Shown one piece after another: positions 28,166 to 37,555 of a stretch of DNA of 64,000 nucleotides (position 1 is the stretch's first letter; each line of letters starts with the position of its first letter). A model generated the notes under the pieces. It worked only from the letters and a program-made list of their open reading frames with translations. It was not told the origin of the DNA and ran no database searches. This DNA is from an uncultured delta proteobacterium (GTDB lineage Bacteria > Desulfobacterota > Desulfobacteria > Desulfobacterales > JAHEIW01). Position numbers and translations under genes: made by a program. The stretch spans positions 128,001-192,000 of the forward strand of contig CAVPNL010000004.1 of NCBI GenBank assembly GCA_963706575.1, in the 5' to 3' direction.

Positions 28166-29083
28166 TCAGATTGTAGCCGGCTCATCAAAAGAAAGTATCT
28201 GTCGATCGGTATCCAGGATGGCCTCGATGCCGAAAGGTATCGTCATGTTTTGTTTCCCGTGTCCGATATCAAAACCTGCCAAAATCGGGATGTGAATATC
28301 CTGGAAATGTTCCTGGAAAATCTGATAAATTCCGTCCAAATCCCCACAGTCTTCAAAACTGCCGAGAACCAGGCCGGCAGGTTCATCAAAACATCCGGCA
28401 AGTTTCATTTGAAACAGCATACGATCGATCCGGTAAAGGGCTTCCCCCCGGTCTTCTAATAATAAAATGCGGTGTTTAAACTGGGGTTCAAAAGGTGTTC
28501 CCAGCAGGTGGCATAAGGTGGCCAGGTTGCCGCCAATTAGGGGTCCCTGTGCCCTGCCCGCCTGAATCACAACACTACCGGCGGGCTGAACCTCAAGCGG
28601 CCTGTCAGATGAAATGGCCCCTAACAGGGAGTTGCAGGTCATTTCGGATGCTTTGGCCAGCGTGGTGACCACCGGGCCGTGAAATGAAACCAGCCCGCTG
28701 CGGTTCGTAATCGCCGTCAGCAGTGCGGTAATATCACTGAACCCAATGAAAACTTTTGGATTTTTCCGGATGACATCAAAATCCATCAAAGGTAAAATTC
28801 GCAAAGAACCAAATCCACCCCGGGCGCAAAAGATAGCATCGATGGCGGGGTCTTTGAAAAGCCGATTGATAAGCCGGGCACGATGGGTATCGTTTCCCGC
28901 CAGGTAACCGGTTTTTTCAAAAATCTCATCATTTACCCGGATGCGAAATCCCAGTGACTCAACGGTACTTAACCCTTGCGAAAAAATTTTGGGATCAAAA
29001 GGACCGGCAGGGGCCACAACACCGATGGTGTCACCGGGCTTTAAACGGGGCGGACGTATGGGTTTCTTGTTTAAAGGATCCAT
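28166..29083 (-). CDS. ldcA: LD-carboxypeptidase (peptidase S66)
   Basis: ARGGFG, GFSDIT (Ser), LLLEDRGE (Glu), IGHG (His). Confidence 0.92.
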   Translation of the reverse strand: MDPLNKKPIRPPRLKPGDTIGVVAPAGPFDPKIFSQGLSTVESLGFRIRVNDEIFEKTGYLAGNDTHRARLINRLFKDPAIDAIFCARGGFGSLRILPLMDFDVIRKNPKVFIGFSDITALLTAITNRSGLVSFHGPVVTTLAKASEMTCNSLLGAISSDRPLEVQPAGSVVIQAGRAQGPLIGGNLATLCHLLGTPFEPQFKHRILLLEDRGEALYRIDRMLFQMKLAGCFDEPAGLVLGSFEDCGDLDGIYQIFQEHFQDIHIPILAGFDIGHGKQNMTIPFGIEAILDTDRQILSFDEPATI

Positions 29084-29092
29084 AATATTTTA

Positions 29093-29248
29093 AGGTTTCG
29101 GGTGTCAGGTGTCAGGAACCGGCCAGCTAACAAGTGTTATATTTGTTTAATTAGTTCGATTAGTTAAATTGGTTAAGACCAAACGAATAAAACCAATTAG
29201 ACCAATTCAACCAATAAAACAAAGTAATTGAACTGACACCTGAAACCT
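29093..29248. repeat. Nested inverted tandem-repeat cassette (7-mer outer, 9-mer inner)
   Basis: Outer aggtttcgggtgtcaggtgtcag / ctgacacctgaaacct; inner tttgtttaa ttagttcga ttagttaaa ttggttaag / aacgaataa aaccaatta gaccaattc aaccaataa aacaaa. Confidence 0.8.
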
Positions 29249-29298
29249 GTTGTATATTGACATATGAAACTATGAGTGCTAATTAATGTCGCCTGTGT

Positions 29299-29375
<77 letters not shown>

Positions 29376-29655
29376 GTCGAATCATTTGGTTCCGTGACCG
29401 GCCACTTTTTCTGAACCCGGCAATCTGGCCGCCTTGAGCCGCTAGCCCGTTTCGCAATTTAGGATCCGCCTCGCATCACAACCCGGCTTGAAGCAGATCT
29501 CACTGCGCCTACTACCTGTATTTATAGCACAAACTCCGATGCGTCTCAAATACTCCGGGCAGTTGACGAAAAGCTTGTGTGTTGCATCATGGTAATATAT
29601 AACGTGAACCTTTAGGCGCGCCTAATTTTATAAGGGAGATACGATACTTTTAAAG

Positions 29656-30717
29656 ATGGTGAATTCAATTATTATAGCAACCGGAAGTTACATTCCGCCT
29701 GCGGTCATACCGAACACGCATTTTCTTGACAACGAGTTCTATGGAGAGGACGGTCAGAAGCTTGAGCGATCAAACGCCGAGATCATCAAAAAGCTCCAGG
29801 AGATTACAGAAATAAAGGAACGGCGATATGTAACCGACGATCTTACCACCTCCGATATTGCTTATATGGCGGCAAAAGAGGCCCTGGAAGGTATCGATAG
29901 GGAAAGCCTTGATGGCATTATCGTGGGTCAAAATTTAGGGGATGTTAAAGCGGGCAACATCAGAACCGATATGGTCCCCAGCATCGCGTCCCGCGTGAAA
30001 CACAAACTGAGAATAAAAAATCCATACACCGTCGCCTTTGATATTCCTTTTGGCTGTCCTGGCTGGCTGCAGGCAATAATTGTGGCCGATTATTACATCA
30101 AATCGGGTGATGCAAAGCGTATCCTGGTCATTGGTGCTGAAATCCTATCCCGCGTGTCGGACCCCCATGATATTGACTGCATGATATATGCTGACGGCGC
30201 CGGCGCAACTTTAGTTGAAGCGACGGACCGGGATGTCGGCATTCTAGCCCACGTCACGCGCTCGGATACATATGATAATGTAAATCTTTTAAATTTGGGC
30301 AAATCCTACAATCCAAAAAGAAATGACAATGAGCTATATATTAAAATGGACGGCCATGAAATATACAAATATGCTGTAAAAACCGTCCCTCAGACGGTAA
30401 AGAAAAACCTCGATAAGGCCGGAATCGAACTGCGTGATGTGCAAAAGGTTTTGATTCACCAGGCGAACGGAAAGATGGATGAGGCGATTTTAAAAAGACT
30501 GTTTAAGCTTTACGATGCCGAAGAGATCCCGGCTGACATTATGCCCATGACCATATCCTGGTGCGGTAACAGCTCGGTTGCCACCCTGCCGACCTTATTC
30601 GATCTGATGCAGAAAGGAAAACTGGAAAATCATCGACTTCATTCGGGAGAAATCGCCCTCTTCGCCTCAGTCGGCGCCGGAATGAATATAAATTCTATGG
30701 TGTATCGGATGCCCTAA
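29656..30717 (+). CDS. 3-oxoacyl-ACP synthase III (FabH family)
   Basis: Catalytic triad FGCPGW (Cys), HQAN (His), GNSS (Asn); ADGAGA; SVGAGM. Confidence 0.9.
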   Translation: MVNSIIIATGSYIPPAVIPNTHFLDNEFYGEDGQKLERSNAEIIKKLQEITEIKERRYVTDDLTTSDIAYMAAKEALEGIDRESLDGIIVGQNLGDVKAGNIRTDMVPSIASRVKHKLRIKNPYTVAFDIPFGCPGWLQAIIVADYYIKSGDAKRILVIGAEILSRVSDPHDIDCMIYADGAGATLVEATDRDVGILAHVTRSDTYDNVNLLNLGKSYNPKRNDNELYIKMDGHEIYKYAVKTVPQTVKKNLDKAGIELRDVQKVLIHQANGKMDEAILKRLFKLYDAEEIPADIMPMTISWCGNSSVATLPTLFDLMQKGKLENHRLHSGEIALFASVGAGMNINSMVYRMP

Positions 30718-30744
30718 TTGAGCGATACACGCCCAAAACGGGCG

Positions 30745-31770
30745 TTATTGCCGTTGATAGGCCGCCCGGGCCGCTTCGACCATAGCGAGCATGTTTTCGG
30801 TCGATGTGCCTGGGGCAACGGCACATCCCGGAGCCAGGATTTGAATCCCGTCGTCAATACACTTTCGGCATTCCCGCCGCACCGTTTCGGGATCCTTCAT
30901 ATACAGAACTTCCGCAACATCCGCTCCGCCCATCAGGACGATTTCCGGACCGCATACCTCACGCGCCAGTTGTGCGCTTGCCTTGGGCTCCAGGCTGAGA
31001 ATCTCCGCGCCGGTTTGGCCCATATATGCGACAATCCGATCGACATTACCGCAAATATGCAAGATTTTGGGGACCGGAATAGCAGCGAACTGCTTCTGCT
31101 GGTAGGGCAGTTCGAAGTCACGATAGGTCTCCGGCGGTATCATCAGTGGCGATGCCGTCATGTCCTCGCAGGCAATGATATCGGCTCCGGCTTCTACTAG
31201 GGCCTTGGCCAGCGTTGTGCCGGCTTTTTCGGCGACATCAAGAAAGGGCTTTATTTTTTCAGGCGCCCTGACGGTGGCTTTCAGCAGGGGAACGATGTCC
31301 AGCAAGGCACCGGCAATGGTGAACGGACCGATGATTCCGGCCACAATGGGCACCTCTCCCTTTAATTGCGCCTTCAGTATCCTGACAGCCTCCAGCAACT
31401 CCGGAATCGTTCCCCGGTCGAGAAAATCAGCGGGGAACTCCGGTGTATCGTCCAATTGGTACGGCGGGGGATGATCGATACCGGGGATGCCTTCCTCCCC
31501 GTCCGGACCTGAGCCCGATTTTAGGGTGCATCCCAGGGCCTCGGCCTCGATGGTTTGGGAAAACGGTACTCTGACCGCATCGAAACCCAGCACGGTATGA
31601 GCCGCCAGGGCCTGTTTGGCCATGGCGGCCCCTTTTACATGGCCTTCGGGCCAGAAGGCGTCGACTTTCTCCATCTGTTCATAGGTCACGGTAGAATTGG
31701 CGCCGAAACAGGGCATCCGATCGGCTTCTTCATGGTTTAGAACTGCCATTATCCTTTCTTTGGCATTCAT
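30745..31770 (-). CDS. MtaA/MtbA/CmuA-family methylcobamide:thiol methyltransferase (UroD fold)
   Basis: MNAKERI..., EAEALG, GPFTIA, zinc motif LHICG ... APGCAV; AAGGAG RBS before ATG 31770. Confidence 0.88.
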   Translation of the reverse strand: MNAKERIMAVLNHEEADRMPCFGANSTVTYEQMEKVDAFWPEGHVKGAAMAKQALAAHTVLGFDAVRVPFSQTIEAEALGCTLKSGSGPDGEEGIPGIDHPPPYQLDDTPEFPADFLDRGTIPELLEAVRILKAQLKGEVPIVAGIIGPFTIAGALLDIVPLLKATVRAPEKIKPFLDVAEKAGTTLAKALVEAGADIIACEDMTASPLMIPPETYRDFELPYQQKQFAAIPVPKILHICGNVDRIVAYMGQTGAEILSLEPKASAQLAREVCGPEIVLMGGADVAEVLYMKDPETVRRECRKCIDDGIQILAPGCAVAPGTSTENMLAMVEAARAAYQRQ

Positions 31771-31895
31771 CTCGCATTCTCCTTTGTGGGCTGGGATCAC
31801 TGCTCGCTTGCACACCTGCCCGAAAGTTCCCGGGGGCGGGTGCCATAACATTACGAAAGCTAGATTCCGGAAGATAGAACAGAATAGCTGCTAAA

Positions 31896-33293
31896 TCAAT
31901 GCCTGCGGCTCCCCACCAGGGAATAATCCAGCCCCATCTCACTGACTTCCTTTTTAACGCCTTGATACAGCTCGAGGTATTCATCGGTGGGCGTGACCGT
32001 TTTCAAGTCGTAACACTGGCTGATCTTCTGCCCTTTTGGCGCCTCTTTGATTTTATCCTCGTATTTGGGCAGAATCTTCTTGACCAGGACATTGGCATCC
32101 TTGCGGGTCATGCCCGAAAGCGCGGCGGCGTGGGCGGCTTCGGCGGCGATACGGCCTTCCATGCCGGTGCAGCGCTCCGGATACATGTTGCGCGCCGATG
32201 CTGCCGGCGACAATGCCGCCCCGGAAACCGCGGCGCTAACGCCATGGTTAATCAACTCATAACAGGCGAAATCGGTACAGGGTCCGGCAGCGATAAACGT
32301 ATTGGCAAAATGCAGCATGTGGGTGTTGCGGGCCATGGCCTGATGACACATGGCGGTCAGCCATAGCATGGCCCGGGTGGTATTGCAGGTTTCATGGATG
32401 TCAATCGGGAAAAAGTTGGTATATTCAGTCATGAAGGCTATACGGCCTAAAAAGAGATGGGCAACCATGTTGATGGCACTGCCTTCCGGCCCCCCGGCAT
32501 ATCCGCCCATCAGCGGGCCCATCAACCCCCCCAACGGGTAGGTGGCACGCAGCAGAAAGGCAACTTTTTTCATACGATCGTAATCCACCTTCATCTCGGC
32601 AATGGCGCCCATTAGCATGCCGTCGCGGTCAAGGGCCCCGAATTCCGGCCGCGCCGCTGCGATCATGGCATCGGCCTTTTCAGCGGCCGAGACCTGGGTG
32701 TACATGCCCTTGCCCGGGTGCCCCACACGAACAGCCGCCTCGCGGCGTTTGCCCACGTCCCAGATGGCTGCCTCCACTTCCGCGGGCGAGCCGGAACGCA
32801 CTTCTATGCCACCCAGGGTATGCAGGATGGAGCCACCCGAAAAACAGTCCGCCAGGTCTTCTTTGGCCGTACTCATGGCCGCTTGCAGGAAAATCTCTTC
32901 GGGATAGGGGGTCCCCACCAGGGTGAAGTTGCAAAACGGCGGACGCGAGTCTTCCACCTTGCGGGGATACTGTGTGCGTTGATCCCGGCCTTCGCCCCAG
33001 GTAATCTGATCGGTTGATGCATTCAAGGCCACTTCCAATTCATCACGCGTACATTTGATGATGCGTTCGGTATCGGTGCAATAGATCCCCACGGTCAGGA
33101 AATATTCGATGGCGGCCTCAAAAAGACGGTCCACCATGGCATCGTCGGAGGGAATGACTTCCTCGGGGTTAAATTTCAGGTCATATTTTTCAACCATTTT
33201 TTTGGATGTTCGCACCACGCGCATGTCAAAATCACGCTCTTTTACCAGTTCACCGGTCTCGCTTCGGCGCACGATTTCCCAGAAATCTATCAT
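31896..33293 (-). CDS. Monomethylamine:corrinoid methyltransferase MtmB homolog lacking pyrrolysine
   Basis: GGYAGGPE, AGPCT, TGMEGR, CYDLKTVTPTDEY match the MtmB family; uninterrupted ORF, no in-frame TAG. Confidence 0.88.
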   Translation of the reverse strand: MIDFWEIVRRSETGELVKERDFDMRVVRTSKKMVEKYDLKFNPEEVIPSDDAMVDRLFEAAIEYFLTVGIYCTDTERIIKCTRDELEVALNASTDQITWGEGRDQRTQYPRKVEDSRPPFCNFTLVGTPYPEEIFLQAAMSTAKEDLADCFSGGSILHTLGGIEVRSGSPAEVEAAIWDVGKRREAAVRVGHPGKGMYTQVSAAEKADAMIAAARPEFGALDRDGMLMGAIAEMKVDYDRMKKVAFLLRATYPLGGLMGPLMGGYAGGPEGSAINMVAHLFLGRIAFMTEYTNFFPIDIHETCNTTRAMLWLTAMCHQAMARNTHMLHFANTFIAAGPCTDFACYELINHGVSAAVSGAALSPAASARNMYPERCTGMEGRIAAEAAHAAALSGMTRKDANVLVKKILPKYEDKIKEAPKGQKISQCYDLKTVTPTDEYLELYQGVKKEVSEMGLDYSLVGSRRH

Positions 33294-33349
33294 TGTTATC
33301 GCTCCTTTTTCCCATTGATCAGGATTTTGGGTTCAAGGTTTAAGTCACA

Positions 33350-33991
33350 CTATTCTACCAGCCGGTCGGCCTCGGCAATGGCTTCACTCGTCGTGCGACC
33401 GTATCCATCCGATCCGATCTCCTCTGCCCAGGACCGCACCACCGGCGCGCCCCCCACCATCACTTTGAACTGGTCGCGGATACCCCGTTCACCCAGCTGT
33501 TTAATCAGTTCAGGCATATAGATCATGGTCGTGGTCATCAGGGCCGATGCAGCGATGATATCGGCGTTTTCCTTCTGGGCGGTTTCGATGAATTGCCTCA
33601 CCGGCACATCCCGCCCCAGGTCGATCACCTCGTAGCCGGAGACCGACAAAAATAGTTTGATAATGTTCTTGCCGATGTCGTGTACGTCCCCCTGGATCAC
33701 CCCGATAACGACTTTGCCCTTGGTTTGCGTCTGCTCCTTGAGTTCTGCGATTTTGGGTTTCAACACCTCGACCGCAGCGTTCATGGCGTCTTCAGCCAGG
33801 AGCAGCTCGGTCAGAAAAACTTCCCCCTTTTCAAACTGGTCTCCTAAAACCGACATGCCCGGGCTGAAGCCCTTTTCTAACGCTTCCAGGGGACTCATGT
33901 CTTGATCCAGCGCAGATTGGGCCAGTGCGGTTGCTTTCTCGGGATCGCCGTCAATAATTGCCTCCTTCATCTGTTCTAAAAGCGCTGCCAT
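33350..33991 (-). CDS. Cobalamin-binding corrinoid protein (MtmC/MtbC-like)
   Basis: Cap domain GM..LG.QFE.GEVFL.ELL, GDVHDIGKN (DxHxxG), SALMTTT, VMVGGAP; AAGGAG RBS before ATG 33991. Confidence 0.95.
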   Translation of the reverse strand: MAALLEQMKEAIIDGDPEKATALAQSALDQDMSPLEALEKGFSPGMSVLGDQFEKGEVFLTELLLAEDAMNAAVEVLKPKIAELKEQTQTKGKVVIGVIQGDVHDIGKNIIKLFLSVSGYEVIDLGRDVPVRQFIETAQKENADIIAASALMTTTMIYMPELIKQLGERGIRDQFKVMVGGAPVVRSWAEEIGSDGYGRTTSEAIAEADRLVE

Positions 33992-34424
33992 AATGTTTTT
34001 CTCCTTTTTTGGGGTCCGATCCGTTGGTTGTGATCCGTTATCTTGGCTTGTCGGCCCGTATTTCTTTTGCGAGGGCCACCCGAACCAATTATCGTAACTT
34101 TTTATCATTTTTGATCATAGATCTATAACTATGTCAACCTTTTTTTGGGGTTTTTTAAAAAAATTAAAGGTCAGACTGTTATCTATCAGTCCGTTTCATT
34201 TGCGGATCTCCCAAACCCCTAAAGATCAAAAAGAACTTTTAAATTATTATGTTATATACTTGACAATGGACCAAATCACATATATTAATTCCCATGACGG
34301 ACTGAAAGAAAGCAACTAAAACCGCAAAAATTAGACCGGAAATAAAAAATAAAGATTGCTTTTTTATCGTAACTAATATAATCGTAATCATTGCTAAATT
34401 CAAAATAGTTTTGATTCAATACCA

Positions 34425-35627
34425 ATGGGATCTGCTATGAAGCCGTATGCCGCATCACCACCTTTGGAATCAAAAAAAAGTCCCTCCATCAACCATGAAC
34501 AAATCGAGCGACTGCGCCGAAGTCTCGATGCCAAAGCGCGCGATTTGTTGTTGTTCGATCTGGCCACCCAGACCGGTATGCGCCTAAAAGATTTGTTGCG
34601 TTTGAAGGTGAGCGATATCCATAGATTATCCATTGGCAAAGCAATCCCGGCCACGCGTGCGCTAAACTATCTGGAACAACCCGCAATCCTCACCGAGACG
34701 CTGGATCGCACCATCAAAAAATACCTGGCGACGGATGGAAAACGGCCGGATGACTATCTGTTTCAATCTCGCAAAAGAGCACGGCCCCTAAATCTGCCCA
34801 GCGCCTCAAATATGATCAGCGGCTGGTTTCAAACAGCGGGAATCGATGGTTTTAGTGGTGCCCGGGGGCTCAACAAGATTTGGCGGCTGTACTATAAAGA
34901 TGCGGTCGAAAGAACCAAACAGAAGGCGGACAGAGATCCGATTGGTACCCTGGAGCCGATTAAAACAGCCACCCTGCAGGAAGTTGTCTACCAGCGGTTG
35001 TTAAAGGCCATTATTGCAGGCCGAATCCCGCCGGGTGAACAGCTCGTTCTCGGTAAGGTTGCCGCACAATTTAAAGTCAGCCCCATGCCGGTGCGCGAGG
35101 CCTTTAACCGGTTGGCTGAGGCGGGGGTTATCACCTTGCAGAAAAAGAAAAGTGCGCTAATCAACACCTTGTCCAAAGAGGATTTGATGGAAATTCAGCA
35201 GATTCGCATCAATCTGGAGACCATGGCAGTGGAGCAGGCCTGCCGATCGATGGACACACAGACTTTGGATGATTTGCAGGTGCTGCATCAGGCGTATCTC
35301 GAAGCGTTCCGCGTCTTCAGAGTGGAGGAGGTTCTGCGGCTCAATCGCCAGTTTCATTTCACGATCTATTCCGCCACCCGCATGCGGCGGCTAATGTACA
35401 TCATCAACGGCTTGTGGGATCAGATCAGTCCCTATTACCATATCCTTCTGCGAAAAAAGGAGCACCTCTATACGGAAAAGCACGCCGACACCCATGGCCA
35501 GCTGTTGGAGAGACTGAAACAGAAAGACATTGAAGGCAGTGTTCAGGCCCTGCGCGCCGATCTGCAAAACGCGGCGGAGTTAATCATCACCGAATTTGAA
35601 AAGCATCGCGAGTTCGAAATCATTTAA
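34425..35627 (+). CDS. Fusion: truncated tyrosine-recombinase-like domain + GntR winged HTH + FCD ligand-binding domain
   Basis: RDLLLFDLATQTGMRLKDLLRLKVSD and DDYLFQSRK (Int box I region); VYQRLLKAIIAG.IPPGEQL....A.QFKVSPMPVREAF..L (GntR); IR..LE, LNRQFHFTI, H..LL (FCD). Confidence 0.85.
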   Translation: MGSAMKPYAASPPLESKKSPSINHEQIERLRRSLDAKARDLLLFDLATQTGMRLKDLLRLKVSDIHRLSIGKAIPATRALNYLEQPAILTETLDRTIKKYLATDGKRPDDYLFQSRKRARPLNLPSASNMISGWFQTAGIDGFSGARGLNKIWRLYYKDAVERTKQKADRDPIGTLEPIKTATLQEVVYQRLLKAIIAGRIPPGEQLVLGKVAAQFKVSPMPVREAFNRLAEAGVITLQKKKSALINTLSKEDLMEIQQIRINLETMAVEQACRSMDTQTLDDLQVLHQAYLEAFRVFRVEEVLRLNRQFHFTIYSATRMRRLMYIINGLWDQISPYYHILLRKKEHLYTEKHADTHGQLLERLKQKDIEGSVQALRADLQNAAELIITEFEKHREFEII

Positions 35628-37206
35628 TTTCGCCGGTTTTCATATAATTGGTAATCCTGCCGGCTTTGTAAGCCTGATTGAAAGCCGCAACCACACCCGG
35701 ATCAAACTGGGTACCATCGCCCTCATTGATAATTTTAATAATGATGCCGTCCTCCATTTTTTTACGGTAGGCGCGGTCGGAGGCCATGGCGTCATAGACA
35801 TCGGCCACCGATAAAATGCGGGCCAAAAATGGAATATCCTGCTTCCTGATCCCATCGGGATAACCGCTGCCATCAAAACGTTCATGGTGAGAGCGAATAA
35901 TTTGCCTTTCTTTTTCCCACAAACCCAACTGCTCGAGAATGTTGGCCCCGATGACCGGATGATCCTTGATTTTTTCGAATTCATCGTCTGTCAATCTGCC
36001 GGGTTTGAGCAGAATGTCATCTCTGATGCCGATTTTGCCGATGTCATGCAGATGGCCGGCAAAATTGAGAATATCCAGCTCTTCTTTAGAGCATCCCAGT
36101 TGCTTTCCCAGTATGATGGACAGCCCGGTAACGCGACTGGAATGCTGCCGCGTATATAAGTCCCTGGCCTCCACTGCTTTTACGAATGCATAAAGGGTGG
36201 CAAATAGATTCTCATAGATATTTTCATAGAGGGCCAGGTTTTCAATGGCCTGGGCTGCGCTCTGGGCTAAAAAAGAAAGATAATAAAGATCTTTTTCGGC
36301 AAAGCGCTTTTGCCCTTGATCCACGATGGCTGTGATCACGCCGAAAACCTTATCCCGAATTTTTAAAGGCACAATCATGGCCGAGTTGATTTCAGCCGGC
36401 AAACCGTTGCTTGCGGTATGTTCAGAGATCAATAGCGGTATCTGATCCGAGACGACTTCCATTATCAGTGCGGCGCTTAAGGGCTCCAGGTCGGTGGTGG
36501 ACGGCGTCTGTGACTCCTCATAAGTGGTTTTCCAATTCTGGGATGCAGCCGGACCGACAGATTCAGCTGATGATGATGACACCTTGATCGGTTCCTCAAC
36601 CGTTTCATTAATTACATAAAAGTCGGTATAATCGGCGCGAGAGATGTCGCGGGCAATATCAACGGCCCGCTTGAACACGTCGGTGCTGGAACTGATGGCC
36701 GTAAATTTTTTCATTATGTTGTTGAGGATGTTCAGTTCTTTAACTTTGACCAGTAACTCCTGATTTACCTTCTGAAGACGCTGCTTGCCTTCAACCTCCT
36801 TTTTTAAAAGAACATTTTCCGCAAATATTTTGCGCTGCTGCATCACGCGCTGCACGCACAATTCCATCTGTTTCAAATTGACCGGCTTGATCAAAAAATC
36901 GACCACCCCGTTTTTAATGGTCTGGATGGCGTTTTCCAGTGAAGGATAACCGGTCATAATGATCACCGGCATGGTATTATCGTGGGTTCGAATTCTTTCG
37001 GCAAGTTCTATCCCGTTCATAACGGGCATATTGATATCGGTAAAACAGCAGTCTATGGTTTCGCCCGCCAGGAGTTTAAGCGCCTCAGGGCCTGTTCTGG
37101 CGGTCAGGGTCTGGTAACCCTTGCGCTGAAAGTACTCGGCGGAAACGCTTAAAATACTCTCTTCATCATCGACAAACAGGATGGTTTGTTTTTTTTCAAT
37201 ATCCAT
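35620..37206 (-). CDS. Response regulator with REC, GAF-like and HD-GYP c-di-GMP phosphodiesterase domains
   Basis: ILFVDDE, TDINMP, KP; HSSRV, LHDIGKIG, HHERFDGSGYP. Confidence 0.93.
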   Translation of the reverse strand: MDIEKKQTILFVDDEESILSVSAEYFQRKGYQTLTARTGPEALKLLAGETIDCCFTDINMPVMNGIELAERIRTHDNTMPVIIMTGYPSLENAIQTIKNGVVDFLIKPVNLKQMELCVQRVMQQRKIFAENVLLKKEVEGKQRLQKVNQELLVKVKELNILNNIMKKFTAISSSTDVFKRAVDIARDISRADYTDFYVINETVEEPIKVSSSSAESVGPAASQNWKTTYEESQTPSTTDLEPLSAALIMEVVSDQIPLLISEHTASNGLPAEINSAMIVPLKIRDKVFGVITAIVDQGQKRFAEKDLYYLSFLAQSAAQAIENLALYENIYENLFATLYAFVKAVEARDLYTRQHSSRVTGLSIILGKQLGCSKEELDILNFAGHLHDIGKIGIRDDILLKPGRLTDDEFEKIKDHPVIGANILEQLGLWEKERQIIRSHHERFDGSGYPDGIRKQDIPFLARILSVADVYDAMASDRAYRKKMEDGIIIKIINEGDGTQFDPGVVAAFNQAYKAGRITNYMKTGEIK

Positions 37207-37422
37207 TGGCAAAAATCTAAAGCGTGCCTTTTAGTCCGGTTAAAATTTCAAAAGATAGCAGTCCCCTGACTGCCAAAGCCACTGAGTGTGATATCGACAT
37301 TTTGGGCAAAAACTTTAGCCACCGGCAGAAGCGAATTTGCCGATAGATATTGCCTTATTTTTAGATTCATGACAGAAGACGACTTTGAAAAAGCGCTTTA
37401 CGATAAAGCGACACTGATATAA

Positions 37423-37505
37423 ACCACGAAGAGCACAAAGAGCACGAAGCGTTAAATTCAAAGAAAGCGCTTTAAACGTTTTAAAAACTTCGTGTCTTTC
37501 GTGGT
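37423..37505. repeat. Inverted 9-bp tandem repeats (AGCACGAAG)n...(CTTCGTGNN)n
   Basis: accacgaag agcacaaag agcacgaag ... cttcgtgtc tttcgtggt. Confidence 0.7.
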
Positions 37506-37555
37506 GTTAATAAATGGTTTAAAAGAAGCACAAACATTACAATTCTGCTAAGAAT

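Noticed and set aside
30718..31200. 160-aa plus-strand ORF continuing after fabH
   Set aside because: Antisense to the MtaA-like gene, no RBS or motif
31896..33293. Pyrrolysine (amber) recoding in mtmB
   Set aside because: ORF is uninterrupted, the equivalent codon is TAC, and no pyl genes or tRNA-Pyl are in the window
34425..34910. Active phage integrase or prophage
   Set aside because: HxxR and Tyr nucleophile regions are missing, no att duplication was found, and there are no phage genes
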